Of a DNA stretch of 64,000 nucleotides, positions 24,804 through 38,487 are shown piece after piece (position 1 is the stretch's first letter; every line of letters starts with the position of its first letter). The position numbers and the translations under genes were made by a program. The notes beneath the pieces were generated by a model that saw only the letters and a program-made list of their open reading frames with translations, was not told the origin of the DNA and did no database searches. Origin of the DNA: Marsupella aquatica (taxonomy: Eukaryota > Plantae > Marchantiophyta); NCBI GenBank assembly GCA_973895155.1, contig OZ316895.1:22580558-22644557 (forward strand), read 5' to 3'.

Positions 24804-27800
24804 AATAGCACGGTGTCTTGAGAAACTCTCCAAAGGAATCACTTTGGTAAAGGCATCAGCGGGATTGTGCTTTCCATCAATCTTGATTAGCTCAAAAGTT
24901 TTATCAGACACTACTTGCCTGATAAAATGGTACCTGATATCAATGTGCTTCACCCTGCTATCCAAGTGAAGAGCACTCTGACTATCACAGTTTAGAGTCA
25001 TCATGCCATGCTCTAAACCCATCTCCGTGATCAACCTGTCCAACCAAATTTCCTCCTTTGCCGCTTCTGCTGCTGCAACATACTCTACTTCTGTAGTAGA
25101 TTGAGAGATACACTTCTGTAAGGTAGATTTCCAAGTGATACATCCTCCTCCAAGAGTAAATACATACCCAGTTGTAGATCTCCTTGTATCCAGACAGACT
25201 CCATAGTCAGAATTTACATAGCCAACCAACGTTCTATCTTGATCTGGCATCAAATAGTAATCCATAGTCCTGTGTTCCCTTTAGATACTTGAGAATCCAT
25301 TTCACACCTTCCCAATGTACCTTCCCTGGATTTGACATGAATCTGCTAACCTTGCCCATTGCTAATGCCAAGTCAGGCCTAGTACATGTCATCAAATACA
25401 TCAAATTGCCTACTGCCTTCTCATAAGGAATCTTAGCCATCAGACCTTTCTCCACAGCATCCGTAGGAGAAAAAACCGATGATAACTTGAAATGTGAAGC
25501 TAAAGGAATACTCACTGGCTTACAATCCTCCATGTTGAATCGTGCAAGTACCTTCCTCGCATACTTGCCCTGATTCAAACACAACTGTCCAGTATCAGAG
25601 TTCCTAAAAATCTTCATTCCTAAAATCCTCTTAGCCTTACCAAGATCCTTCATCCTGAATTCAGATTTCAATTTTGCCTTGAGTCTGTCAACCTCAAATT
25701 GATCTTTAGCCACAATCAACATATCATCCACATAGAGAACCAGAATGATGAAACCAAACACATCATTCTTGCCTGATTTTGTATACACACAAGAATCATA
25801 CATCATCCTTGTAAAACCTTGAGCAAACATGAAATCATCAAACCGCTTGTTCCACTGTCTAGGAGTTTGCTTTAATCTATACAAGGACTTGAACAATCTA
25901 CAAAGTAACTAAGTTCTCTTGGCCCTTCTTCATAAAGCCTACTGGTTGTCTCATGAAGATAATCTCTTCCAAGTTGCCATAGAGAAAAGCAGTAACAATG
26001 TCCATCTGATTGATCTATCACCAGACCAAAAAACACAACAAGCACACACAAGATCCGAATTGTGGAATACTTAGCCACCAGTCAAAAGACCTCATTGTAA
26101 TCCACTTCTTTCTCTTGAGTGAATCCCTTAGCAACAAGCCTTGCCTTGTAGATCTTGTCTCCACCCTCTGAAGGACTGTCCTTCAACTTGTAAATCCACT
26201 TGTTGTCCACCACTTGCTGACCTCTTGGAAGCTCCACCGGTTCCCATGTCTTGTTGTCACTCAAAGATTGCAACTCCCTCTACATTATTGCATTCCACTC
26301 ATGCTTATGCTCTAAAGCACAAGCCTCACTATACAAAGAAGGCTCTCCTTCTTCCAAGATCAAAGCCATATCATCATCATCAGGTGCAATGTTAATATCA
26401 TCTAGTTTAGATGAGTCTGCCCATTGACCATACTTGGTAGGAGCTCTAGTAGAACGATTGGAAGTTCTTCTAGTAGATGATTCAGGCTGATCTGCTGTTG
26501 CTGTTGGCTAAATTTGAGGTACCCCAACAACAATTTTCTCCTCTTGTTCCATCACAGGAACCAGCTCCATCTCCAGAGCTTCTCTATCTCTCCTGTCATG
26601 AACATCATCATGACTAATCTCCCCCTCAACCCGGTCCGGGATGGGAGATTTCCCCTTGTCAATTTATGGGAATCTTGAGAATTCTTCCCCTCCTTTGATG
26701 ATTTGGATTCAATAAAATACACATCTCTACTGACAATTAACTTACAGGTTACTGGATCCCATAACCTATAACCCTTCACACCTTTCTGATAGCCAAGGAA
26801 AATGCACTACTTCGACTTGGACTCCAACTTGGATCAAAGTTGGGAAGGTGTAAGCACATAAGCATCACATCCAAAAATCCTCAGATGTGAGTAATCTGTT
26901 GGACGCCCGTACCTCATTTCAAATGACGTCTTGAATCCAATAGAACTTGATGGAGAGAAATTTACCAAATAAGCTGTAGTGTTGACAGCTTCTGCCCAAA
27001 ATTCATGTGATAAGCATGATTGGCTCAACATACTCCTTGAGCGTTCCAATAGTGTTTGGTTGAGCCTCTCAAAAACACCATTTTGCTGAGGAGTATAACT
27101 AATTGTGAGATGGCGTGTAATCCCCTGCTCCTTACAATTTACGTTTCAAATTCCCCGAAACCATATTCACCGCCGTTATCCGATCGAAGATCTATCTCAC
27201 CTTGTTACCAATCTGATTCTCAACTTGGGCTTTCCACTCCTTAAAAATGGCAAAAACATTAGACTTATTGTGGAGAAAGTAGATTGAGTAATCGTCTATG
27301 AACGTGACATAGTATAACCGTTCTGAGTGTGAGAGAGTAGGGGCTGGTCCCCACACATCACTATGTACATACTCAAGTACCTCCTTGCTGGTGTGAGTTC
27401 CAACTCCAAAAGGTTTCCTATGCTGAGCACTTCCCAAGCACACAATGCTCACATAAATCTAACTTACTAGAATGCAAATTAGAAATTGAACCTCTTTTCA
27501 GAAGTACAGCCAAACCTTTTTCACTCATGTGACCTAGCCAGAAGTGCCACAGCCGGGCCCTCTCTTCATGAGATAAGGTTACATTGGCTTCATGACATAC
27601 TACTCTGCCCTCTAAAATATATAGATTTTTGTGCCTCTTTCCCTTCAACACAATCTTAGTACCGGTTGAAACCTGAAGGACACCATTAGCAGAACTCCAT
27701 CGATGGCCATTTGCTTCTAACATTCCAAGTGAAATGAGATTTTTCATCATGCAAGGAATATGTCTCACATTCCGCACCATTCTTACAACACCATCAAACA

Positions 27801-27990
27801 TCTGTAATCTCACAGATCCAAGTCCAACTACTTGGCATGAAATTCCATTTTCCATCAACATTGAACCATTGGAAACCATGTAAGAACTGAAAAACTCTCT
27901 CCTACAGCAAATGTAAAAGGTACAAGCACTATCTAGTATCCAACCATCATCTCTCTGATGTGATACTACGTTGAGGGCAAAGTAATGGCA
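24804..27990 (-). pseudogene. pol: Disrupted pol of element 1 (protease, GAG-pre-integrase/integrase, RT, RNase H)
   Basis: Fragments WILDSACT, LWHFWLGHMSEKG, YVHSDVWGP, FWAEAVNTTAYLVN, YKARLVAKGFTQ, LYVDDML and VKHIDIRYHFIR, separated by stops and frameshifts. Confidence 0.93.
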
Positions 27991-29043
27991 TCACAAAATA
28001 TCATCATCGAGTAAATCTACCTCATGTGCGTTGGATGCTGCATTAGCTGATGGTGTAGAGTCCTTTACCCGACAATCTCTCTTCATGTGGCCTGGCTTGC
28101 CACATTTCCAACATGCAGGCTTTCTCTCTTGTAATTTTCCTCTAGATTTAGATCTTCCCCTTGACGTAGATCTAAATCTGTTCCACCCATTCGTGCGTTG
28201 CGTTGGTCTTCCACGATTCAAGTTCAATGCAGTACCAGAAGAAGATGCTCTCTGTGCTAGACCCAACTTTTTCTGAGCATCATCAGACAGTAGAGAGCTC
28301 ACCGCCTCATCATACAAAATGGACTTTAGATCTCTGTACAAGAGCATCTGTTTCAAGCCCTGATAAGATGGCGTTAAGGAGCTTAGCAAAAGCAAGGCCT
28401 TATCCTCATCTTTAACTCCCTTACCCAGGTTTGATAGATCCACCACCAGGCTATCAAACTCATTCAAGTGATCCTGTAGCTTGCTCCCTTCCTTGAGCCT
28501 AAGGCTCATCAAGAGAGACTTCTTGTACAGCCGGTCTGATGCATCTTCCCGGTAGTACTTCTCTCTGAGGGCCTTGAAGAGTGATGCGCAATCCTCATAA
28601 TCTGAATCCAGCTTCTTGATGACATGCGTCTTGAGGTAAAGCATCACCGCATTGACAACAATCACTTGCTCTTGTCTCCACTGCTTCATAGAAATCTCCT
28701 CCTCTCCATCATACTGCTCTCGCGTAGAGAGCAGATGATCTAAGCCCATTGCACAAAGAACACCCTTTACTTGCGTCTCCCATAGCAAGTAATCAGTACG
28801 GCCGTCGTACTTCTCCACCTCCAACTTTACTCCTCCAAATCTTGCCATCTCTCTCTTCTTCCCAACTACCAACAACTCTGGTAGTAGAACAGCTTCCTCC
28901 ACTGCACGTTGCACTGGTGATCGTACCGGTGATACTTATTCTTCCTCAAACGGTACCAGCTCCTCCTCAGACTCTCCGTCTGACTGTCGCGAACCTGAAG
29001 CTTCATCGACTCCAATTCTCCCAGTCTCCTCCGAGTCACTCAT
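27991..29043 (-). pseudogene. gag: gag of element 1 (UBN2-type Gag with CCHC knuckle); one stop in the N-terminal extension
   Basis: ORF 27991-28914 contains VEKYDGRTDYLLW, LQDHLNEFDSL and CWKCGKPGHMKRDC. An in-frame ATG at 29043 (MSDSEE..) is homologous to 51104 in element 2. Confidence 0.92.
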
Positions 29044-29076
29044 ATGAGAGAATCACCACGCAACCAAATTGCGAGA

Positions 29077-29258
29077 GGCCACAAGCCGTGGGCGGTGGGT
29101 GCCAACCCACACAACCAAGATGAATCGGTCACAGGCCGTGGGCTGTAGGTGCTAGCCAAGCTGCAAGGGGCCACAGGCCGTGGGCTGTGGGTGACTACCC
29201 ATACAAACCAAACTGTGAGAGGCCATAGGCCGTGGGCTGTGGGTGCCAACCCACCAAG
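29077..29258 (-). repeat. Four GC-rich ~42-52-bp tandem units in the 5' leader of element 1
   Basis: GGCCACAGGCCGTGGGCTGTGGGTG-like core at about 29077, 29127, 29169 and 29221. Confidence 0.88.
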
Positions 29259-32200
29259 ACTCTCTTCGCTCAAGTCATGCGCTAAACACGTTGCAATTGA
29301 CAGGAAAATCACTATTCACTATTTGTTGTTTCCTCTGTGTCCTAAGTCACAGCCGCCTCGCACTCCGCGGTGCCTTATCTCATCGCGCGCCGACAATATA
29401 ATTCACCAACAGTCAACGTTATTTCTAATGCCATCGTCGCTTTACACCATAAAATGACTAGTTGCCAACGGGAAATGTTGTCAAATTGCACAGACACAAT
29501 CTGCAAGCTCAACAAAGAAAAAACTTCCATCACGTCGCCTTCACTCCGCGTCAAGTGCCAATCCCAGACTCAAAATGACCGCCTCGCCGTGATCTCACCG
29601 TTGAGCCCTAGCACTTTGCATTTTCTTCTTCAAGTTGAGTGTCACAACAAGTAACCCGGTTCAGGGAAAAACAAGCACCATAGCTTGTCAAAAAACCAGA
29701 ACTCAATTTCTACTCGTTATGTCACACTCGCACTGCAAGCGCCAGCAAACCAGGTGCCGAATCGACCAGCTTGCTTCAACCTACAACTTGAGCTATAACA
29801 TGTGATGCCTCCCTCACCGCACAGCTCACACCGTTGCAAAAACGAACTCTGGTCTCTCCCACGAAAAACCGTCGAACACGAAACTCCACAAACAAACATT
29901 TTCTGCAATTACTCCTCACTCAAAAATCTGATCAATGATTTCTAACCGCCGCTAGAAAGCCTTCTCAACGATCTATCCGATGAGCCCACCACCATCAAGT
30001 TTCATGCGACGAAACTCCCAGGATCTTCAAGCCGTCAATTACACAAGAAATTCTTGTCACCACAGTGTCACCTCCCAGACATGCTCTGATACCACTTGTG
30101 GGGGATAATCCCTATCCCGAGACACCATGCACATGTGAACACCATACAAAGTAGTCGACACAACGAGTATGTGGTTCACCTCACGTCTGAGGCTACGTCC
30201 ACGGGAAAGCAAGAGACCTTTACTTCTCTCTTGCTCCACTCCAACAATGAGTTGAAGATCCACCAGGGACTTGCACCAGCCCTGGCTTTATACACAACAG
30301 CACTACCGCTAACTTTAGCTAAGTCCTAACCTGAGTTAGCCTAACTGTGGTTAGCGCAAGAGTCACAAGACTAAGAGCAATACATAACAGTGACCCCCCA
30401 ATAGCATAGAAATCAAACCATGAAAAATCAAAAGGAACACTTGATGACCTTAAAATTTTTGTCAGTTCCATCTGTACACACAATCCGAAACAGAACTTGG
30501 AAACCCAGCTTGGATGGACTGACAAAGCTCAGATTTCTGAGAACAACAAATTTGACTCAGATGGCACCCTTTATATTTTCTATTCAAAAGTAATTTGAGA
30601 ATTGCTTGATGTTTTCCTTATGTTTCAAATTACTTAACTCAGGGTTCTGTTGCATTGGCTGCCAGTGGTCTAACTAAGAGTCTCTGTGAGAACTAAAACT
30701 TTGAGAGTCATAGACCTGATACAATGTTGTCCTTGTTTTAGTTTCTGCCATTTGAGCATTCAATTTTACACATACATCCACGTCCACCTGACCTAAATGT
30801 TGAAGTTCGATCCTTATTGAAGCTCATGCCTCTCGGCTAAGGTCCTTCTTAAACCAAAGCACTTGATTAGTACAGATCCCCATGAGCTTGTTTGCTTCAG
30901 TTTAATCTTGCTGTGCTGATTTCTTCTGCTGGCCAGCTTCTCAGCTGCGTCCAATTGAATTCAAGTACAATAGATCAACAAGCTTAAAAATGTGATTGCA
31001 GCTTTTCAGAGAAACATTCACAAACTCCATGAGTAATTAGGGCTTTCTAATGCAACTTGATGATCGACTCAACATGGTGGTCACGTCGTCAACTGTTCTG
31101 GGCTTATTTTTGACATTTCCGAGTAACAGAAAACTAAGGCTGTCATGTACGTGAAAAGCCAAGGCCTTATATAAAAATTGTTTTAAAGTGTAATATTATG
31201 TTAGGGGGCACATTCTATGAGCCAGGACGAATTAGCTAGTAATAAACATATGAAAACATTACTAGTTTTGCATTCAAATGTTTTTTGAAATACTTGGTTG
31301 TTAAAGTCTCTGCCGGCCCTAAACCATGCGGTGAACATGACGGTCAAGTTGCTTGCCCCCACAGTTTGGGTAGACTATAGTTGCAGTACACAATGATGCC
31401 ATGAACTGGGTTCACGGTCCCAATAGTAGAGAATATAGGGAATACATGTACTTTCTGCCATAGTAGAGAATATAGGGAATACATGTACTTTCTGTATAAA
31501 CGTGCAAAAGAGGGTAGATTGGGTAAGATATAGATTTGGGGGTTGATTGTGGCAGAAAGAGTAAGAAGGGGGTTGATTAAGCATATACCTCAATCACATG
31601 TGATCCAAAATAGATATTTTTGAATAAAAAAAATTAGAAAGCATGAGATTGTTCTTCGAATATTTCTTTATAAAATAGACATATTTATATTAATCTAGGA
31701 TCACACGTGGTACCCCAAAACATACACTAATCTAATCCCCCGAGAAGCGCCCATCTGACATTACAAACAATAGACAATCTTGAGTACACAATTAATTATC
31801 TTCTTGCCCACAAACAGGGCACTTTATGTTTGTCACACAAAAGGATCTCGTTGCTGCAAGAAATATTTTGTTCTGTTTTACAATTCTGAAGTTCACTTGT
31901 CACTGGAGTACCCCTTAATCGCCATACAATTCAAACAAAATATTCCAAGAACTTGGAGCTAGGTTGCATGGATCAAAGAAGGAGTAGTGTGGTCAAGAGT
32001 AAGTCTGCTCCGGGGGCCTGCCACTCATTCAGCTGATGAGAAGGGGATTATTGGGTGCAATTGGGCATTGCCCACTGCTTGCTGCTCCTGGTTGCCAGCC
32101 ATTGACTGGGATTCGCATTGGTTGCTCTCAGATCCGTTTTTCACATATAAGTTAGCAACAGCATTTGGTACCATAGGGACTAACTTTGCTTTTTTTTACT

Positions 32201-32716
32201 CATAACGGTAAATGTTTTACTAATTTCTCTCATGCTACGATTACCCTCTTGTCCGTAGTCTGCATTCCTCATCCATATGCACTCCATGCTGCATGGAACC
32301 TTGCTCTTAGCTTCTAGAATAGAATACCATCAGGCACAGGACATGCACCATGCAATTGCATGGTTGAAACTTATGCTCTGCATGGAAAAACTCTGATTTC
32401 TCCCAAACTTGACATCCATCTCATGTACATTTTGGGTAATACTCCACACAATGCAACAAGATAACTAGAAAAAAATATTCAAAAATGAGAAGAAAAAATG
32501 TGTAGAATATACAAAGCTTTTTCTCTCAGTATTTGTGCTCTACTCAATGTCTCACTCCTTGTATCCACTCAAATAATCACAAACACATTTATGCAATGAT
32601 TTAAAATGTCACACACAATCCAATGATTGTTGAACAAGTGATTCTAGCAGAACAACAGATGAAGATGGAGAATCTCACTCCTGTAGCAACTGTGGGTCTA
32701 CAACAATACCCCATGA

Positions 32717-32983
32717 TGTTGAAGGATGAACAAGGGCAAAGGAGGAAGAATTTCAATTCAAGGAGTTTTTGACTCAACCTTGGCGAGGTTAACTAGAGTA
32801 AACATTAGTTAACTACACTCCTCATGAAAAGATAACCCTTTTGTATCTCATGAAGAGTGTACCTTAGCAATTGTAAAAATAGCCCGAATGGTTTGAATCA
32901 TGTATCTGTGTGTCAGTGTGCTCGTGTTAAATGTGTCAAATGCGTCATGTTATCCGTTTTGATCTTACAATTGGTATCAGAGC
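32717..32983 (+). mobile_element. Relic 5' LTR end plus tRNAiMet PBS of a third, truncated LTR retrotransposon
   Basis: ..CTTACA (ends 32969) + AT + TGGTATCAGAGC (32972-32983), the same LTR-end/PBS geometry as at 48545-48559. No gag or pol follows, and the left boundary is a guess. Confidence 0.6.
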
Positions 32984-33574
32984 TTTGGTTTCGAATTGAT
33001 TGATGTTTGCATGTCTTTTGTGACTGATTGACATATTTTTTGGAATGCAAGGGATGTGCTTATGATCTGAATAGTCTCACTTATGTGCACAACAGTCCTT
33101 TTTTTATCCCCTTTTTATTGGCAAAAGTTTGCCATATACTGCCTCAGGATTGAGGCCTGCAATCCCACAAAGAGAATTTTTAAAAAAATCTAAAAACATT
33201 GGCCTATTTTTAGGAGACAATATTTATACTAAGGACAATTCCTGAGAGTTGACAGTACTAAAGACTACTAGCTAGCCACTCCCTCCCAAGACTCTTACTG
33301 CCTGAATAACCTGTTTCTTTCAATTGCACCTCCCTAACACCTCCGACTCATGTACCTTTGTACTATGTACCTCCTGATTGGGATTGCTACTTGCATAACC
33401 TTCATTTTAATTTCAGTGAGCACTTTGGATGGGGTGCAATAGATTTTGGAAGGGTTGGAGGGGGAGAGGAAGGGTGGGGTTCTTGCCACCATGTGTCTTT
33501 GGAGACATGGATGGGTTGAATTATTTCCAAAGAAAAACCATACATTTGAACATTAGTGTACATGGCCCTATTTC

Positions 33575-33575
33575 T

Positions 33576-33605
<30 letters not shown>
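33575..33605. repeat. (TTC)n microsatellite
   Basis: Visible directly; explains the poly-L and poly-R stretches in the spurious ORFs here. Confidence 0.9.
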
Positions 33606-33607
<2 letters not shown>

Positions 33608-34552
33608 ATGCTGTGGGTTGAACTCCCCAAATCTTCTGATAGACACCCTAAACATGTCGCCACTGATCCGCCACTGGATCCTTAATGGATGGATGCAACT
33701 GATTGCCAACAACATACCTTGGGTGAGCAAGAGATTGCCACCCCTCCTGATCCATTGATTCTTTTGAGGCAAGCAAATAATATATCACAGTGCGCAAGGG
33801 CCAAAAATGTCTAACCGGGAGACATGATCCTAAAGGCAAAGCAACCCAACGAAAGGAATGAGCAAATTGGAACTAGATCAAGAAAAGACTTAACAAGACC
33901 TCTCTAGCATCTCCTGGACTTAACTTTCCAACAAGATGCCATGAAGACTTCACTGACCCTAGCAAAATGCCATGAAGACTTAAGAGGACCCTGTGACTGC
34001 CCATCTTGCCCAGGTCTTGATGACATCTTACTACCAGAGGGGTCCTGTTAAGTATTTTCTTTGGAACTAGCTCGAGTGGCTACTTGTCCCACTTTAAAAA
34101 GAAAACGTGGTGCACAGTAAACAGCAGTATAGTGAATAGACTGCACGTACTTCATGTCAACCTTTACTATTGGGAGCATTGTGCCAGAGTCTGATTTCGG
34201 TTGCTTTTATTGGCACAAGTCAATCAGTTCTGTAGCACACTGACATTCTTTCTGTGCTTCATGATTCGATGGTCGGATGGTGGATGGAGGCAGATTGTGA
34301 TTGGATGTTGTGGTTGTCAACGAGCAACTAAACTACCCCCACTCAAAGCTTAATCATGCGTTTCGTTGTAGTGCCCTATTCCTTTGGTCTGGGCCCATGG
34401 CTCTATGACTAATAAAATGTTCTGAAATCTGAGGTACGGTGCACCGACCCTTTTGTCAGCAGGAGACCTCTAGTCAACGGGAACTTGTTGGCACTCAACG
34501 GCACCACTTGAGGACGGTGTGAACTTGAGTGGATTGTATTTTGTTTTAATAT

Positions 34553-35340
34553 GGGGGCTTTACAACAACTTGGGTGCACCAAAATGAACTGTTCACCCAT
34601 TGCAATATAGTGTAGCATGTTCATCATGGAAGTTTTTCAAGGTGTTTGTAGTCTAGTTTATTTATACTATCTTATTTGAAAATATTGAATCTTTCGTTAG
34701 TGCTAAAAGTGCGAGAGATGACACTATGGCAAGGAGGTAAGGGGGCTTTACAACAACTTGGGTGCACAAATAATATCTGATCTCATTGCAATATAGTATA
34801 GCATGTTCATCATGTCACTTTTTCAAATTTTCTACCTTTCAATAATTATTTTACATGATGTTATTTTAGAGCAGGAAATCTTAAATTTGTGCTACAAGCG
34901 CCAAGGATGCCATTATGGCATGGAGGGGTATAAGGCAATTATTAAAGTACCCTCAAGAACCAATGATCAAACTTCTCGCATGTGTGTCGTTTTAAAATAT
35001 GGCCTATATGAGTACGTAGCATGGGACAGGAGTAGGTGTAGCTCAGAGTAAGCAGGGAATTTAATAAAGGACTTCATGTATGGCACGAGTACTTAGAAAT
35101 AATGAAAGCTGGATTCAAGGATGCCAAGCATCTGCATAGACCTATGTAGATATCCCTGCAAAAAACAAAAGAGTCGTATCAGTAATAGTATCCATACGGC
35201 CAAAACCCAGTAAAAGGATATACACTACCAAAAAGACAGGCCTATATAGATATCCCTGCAACAACAAAAGAGCACGGATCAGTAATAGTATCCAAAAAGG
35301 CCACAACCCAGAAATGAGATATATAGCACACTGCCAAAAC
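34553..35340. repeat. Two local duplications (188-bp period at 34553/34741; ~100-bp period at 35141/35241)
   Basis: GGGGGCTTTACAACAACTTGGGTGCAC..CATTGCAATATAGT.TAGCATGTTCATCATG occurs twice. CCTAT.TAGATATCCCTGCAA..ATCAGTAATAGTATCCA occurs twice. Confidence 0.85.
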
Positions 35341-37651
35341 GACAGACTGGGAGATATGATCCCATAGGCAACAAGGCCCAAGACAGGGAGGAAAAATGTG
35401 GAATAACCAAAGACTCAGAAAGGCTATAGACCACAAGGCCCTAGAGTCAGAAAGGGCAAACGAACTGAACCCCTATTGAGTGACAAACTCAAACGCCACA
35501 CAGAGCTCCGAGGTAAATTGCATAAGAGGGTGGTGACGAGGTATTTGACTATAGATGCCTTGGCCCACTAAGGATAGTGAAACATCTATCATCAACTTTG
35601 GCCATAGATAAGAAAACAATTGAACTCTTCAAGTCACTTGGTCAAGCTTGGCGGTCCAAGTGACTCTTATAGAAAGTATCAGTGTGCGCAAACAAACGTG
35701 GCGTGTCACTAGAGTTTCAATTCTTCTAGAATTTTTTTAGAGGTCTTGGATCACATACTTTGAAGATTCTCCCTTCTCAAGCATTCTCAACAAGTTTAAT
35801 GAAGCTAACAGAAAACAAATGAACTTAATGCCCAACTACATCCCAGACGTTATTCCATGCAAACAATATAGTAGGATAAGGTTTATAAACTTCTATCAAA
35901 TCGACAGGATTCGTATTTGACACTGGCACGTTGCATGAATTGACTCCTAAAAAATCTTTTTTTTCAAAGAAAGAGGATAATGAGATTCCATCCTATCTTA
36001 GGACACCCGTAATCAGCCTAAAAGTTTGGCAGAAACACCTCTCTGAAAAGTCTTTGTAAGTGTTGACAAATATTGGTTTATGTTTTTTTGTCTTCCATGA
36101 CCTACTATAGTTCTCACCTAGTCACAGACCCCTTACCCAAAATCTGATGGTCCTCCTTGAATGTAGGGAAATGTAAGTGTCAAACATTAGCCTGGGATAA
36201 TTATTAGATAAAGAAGATTCTGACCATCCTCCTTGTCAACAAAGATGACATTCCACATTGGCGACAAAAATATAAAATTTGCGTTGCTCGAAAGGTATTA
36301 GACTTGACTCAACGCAGAAGATTTCATGACAGCTGTGCATTTAGGGCCGTCGAGTAGCGCCAAAGAGAAGCTCGAAAGGCCGACCGTCACTAAGTTGGCG
36401 ATGGCCCCACAGCGCTGGCACATGTGGCGCAACAAAAAAGGCCCCGTGGTGCCGTTTGAGAGGGCAGACGTGCTGGACAGGTGGCCTTGAAATTGGCCCA
36501 GGCCAATGGATTTGCATGAATGCGAACCTGACAGCTCGGATCCCCGCTGACAGAGGAGGCTGTCTTTTTGTCACGGAAAAGAAAAAGTAGAGAAAGAGAA
36601 CGAAGCGGGAGAAAGAGAGGGGTTTACCGGGGGCGCCAAATTCGGCTGGAGTGCCACCTAATAATATGTCGCGTCATCTCGCACGGAATAAATAATGGCG
36701 GCCAAAAAGACTCGATGATGCGATTGCCTTCTCCGACATTCGAGCCATAAAATCAGTCTCTGTAACGCGATTGCCTCCTCCCCTCCTTCTTTCTCTTCGC
36801 GATCGAGGTCTTCTGGCGGTGTTGACTACGGACGGATCTCGGATCCCAGAAACGAAAGATTGATATTGGAGATGATGCGAAGACAGACCATGATTTCGCA
36901 GAGGTCGGAAGTTCATTGCTTCGGAATGCATCATCGATTCATCCCGTACTACTGTAGCTGGATCAGAGGTGTATGCGGGATTCGCGATTCGTGAAATAAA
37001 TGAGAGTGGCTGCGAAATGATTGGGTTGCTAAAGTCGACGCGCATGCAATTCCCCCGTCCTGGACTTTACTCAAGTCAAATCGGCGTCGTCGGTCCTCCA
37101 TCGAGCCAATTCAGGCGTACTGTGGTTATGTACGTATTCGGACAGTGAGGCCGTTGGCAGCATGCCAGTCCTGCCGAAGCTTTTTGTAATTTAGTGCGCT
37201 CTTGACCTGCGACAACGAGTAAAGAAGAAAATGACTTCGGATTGGCCCGGCAGCACGAGGACGGCTCGTGCGAGTTGCTGGGGTCCTGGTCGTCTTTGTT
37301 GTAGGTCTCCGAATCCAACGCACTGACGAGACTTTTCAGAGGATTATATTCCGGTGGTGCTACAGTCGACCAAGACCAATCACACTGTTATGCGCTATGA
37401 CGGATATGTTGATGGGTTAGTGCCACAAGCGAATGAGGAGGGGATACCATGGCTACGGCCGTATATGTTCGATTGAAAGTTACTGGGATTCCTCTACTGG
37501 AACGTGTTTGGATGCTTCAATCACCGTATTCGATTCCTCGACTTGTTGGTCGCACACGGTGGGAGACAGACAGAGAAAAAGAGAAAAGAAAACTCTCTTA
37601 CAGCTAGGAGGAGAGACACAGAAAAAGAGAAGAAAACTCTCTAACAGATAG

Positions 37652-37654
<3 letters not shown>

Positions 37655-37683
<29 letters not shown>
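37655..37683 (+). repeat. (GA)n microsatellite in the probable promoter/5' UTR of the XBAT gene
   Basis: Visible directly, preceded by a short duplication of AGAAAACTCTCT.ACAG.TAGGAGGAGAGA. Confidence 0.85.
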
Positions 37684-37686
<3 letters not shown>

Positions 37687-38487
37687 CTTTACAAATCTCC
37701 GCCCATTTACGATTGTTAAGGAAATCGCATTCCAAAACTCCGCCAGACTTTTTCAAAATCCAAAATATCAACGGCTCCATAGACTATCCCTGGGAGGTCG
37801 TCGGTACTAGAAGCAGTCCAGTCTGGCCCTTCTAGTCTTCAACTTAGCTATAGACTTTTAGGGTCGAACTGCTGCCCTTCGTCACTGGTTCTCGGCTAGC
37901 TTCAACTTTGGAAAGGATGTCCCTTCTGCCCTTGCAATTAGTCCAATCTGTACAGTTATTGAGTAGTCTTAGCCTCTACACTTAAAATTAGTTCACCAAT
38001 CACTATCGAATTACTCTTTGCTTTTCCGACGAACCGACCAATTGAGGAATCCTCTGTTCTTTTCGTCGTGCGTTTCTGTTCATGACCCAATTCATCAATC
38101 CCGTGGACCCTAGAGAGTAGGTTGGATCGGAAGACTTCACTATCATCATGTTCTTATGTCGTTGCCTAGCATCATCACCCACTGGAGTTCCAGGCCAGCC
38201 TCTGTAACTTCCATCCCTTTTAGTTTCAACTTTCGTGGGCGGGGGTTTCAGCAGTCACACCATTTCTGGACGAGACTGGTTTTGCGGCCCATCCCTACAC
38301 TACACGTCTTTTAGCTTCCAATTGAGCAGGCCAGCGACTGGAGAGCTGGGGCTCAATTCTACATCAGAAACCCCTGTTCCGGGGGGTTACACACCATCAC
38401 GCTGTCCGACGTCAGCCAGCCACGGGTTGTAGGAATCCTGAAGCAGTGGAGAAGGAGATATAGAGGCAAGGTGGCCAGCTCCAGGCG

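Larger units (their letters stand above)
24009..30389 (-). mobile_element. Ty1/copia LTR retrotransposon (Tnt1/Tork-like), full length but decayed (element 1)
   Basis: 293-bp LTRs at 24009-24301 and 30097-30389 with 14 differences by manual count. TSD GTGAC at 24004-24008 and 30390-30394. tRNAiMet PBS TGGTATCAGAGC at 30094-30083; PPT at 24318-24302. Domain order gag-PR-IN-RT-RH on the minus strand. Confidence 0.97.

Noticed and set aside
36340-37651. ORFs upstream of XBAT (36674-37045 minus, 37433-37651 plus)
   Set aside because: No recognisable domains and low-complexity ends derived from GA/CT tracts. Consistent with a long CpG-rich promoter or 5' UTR.
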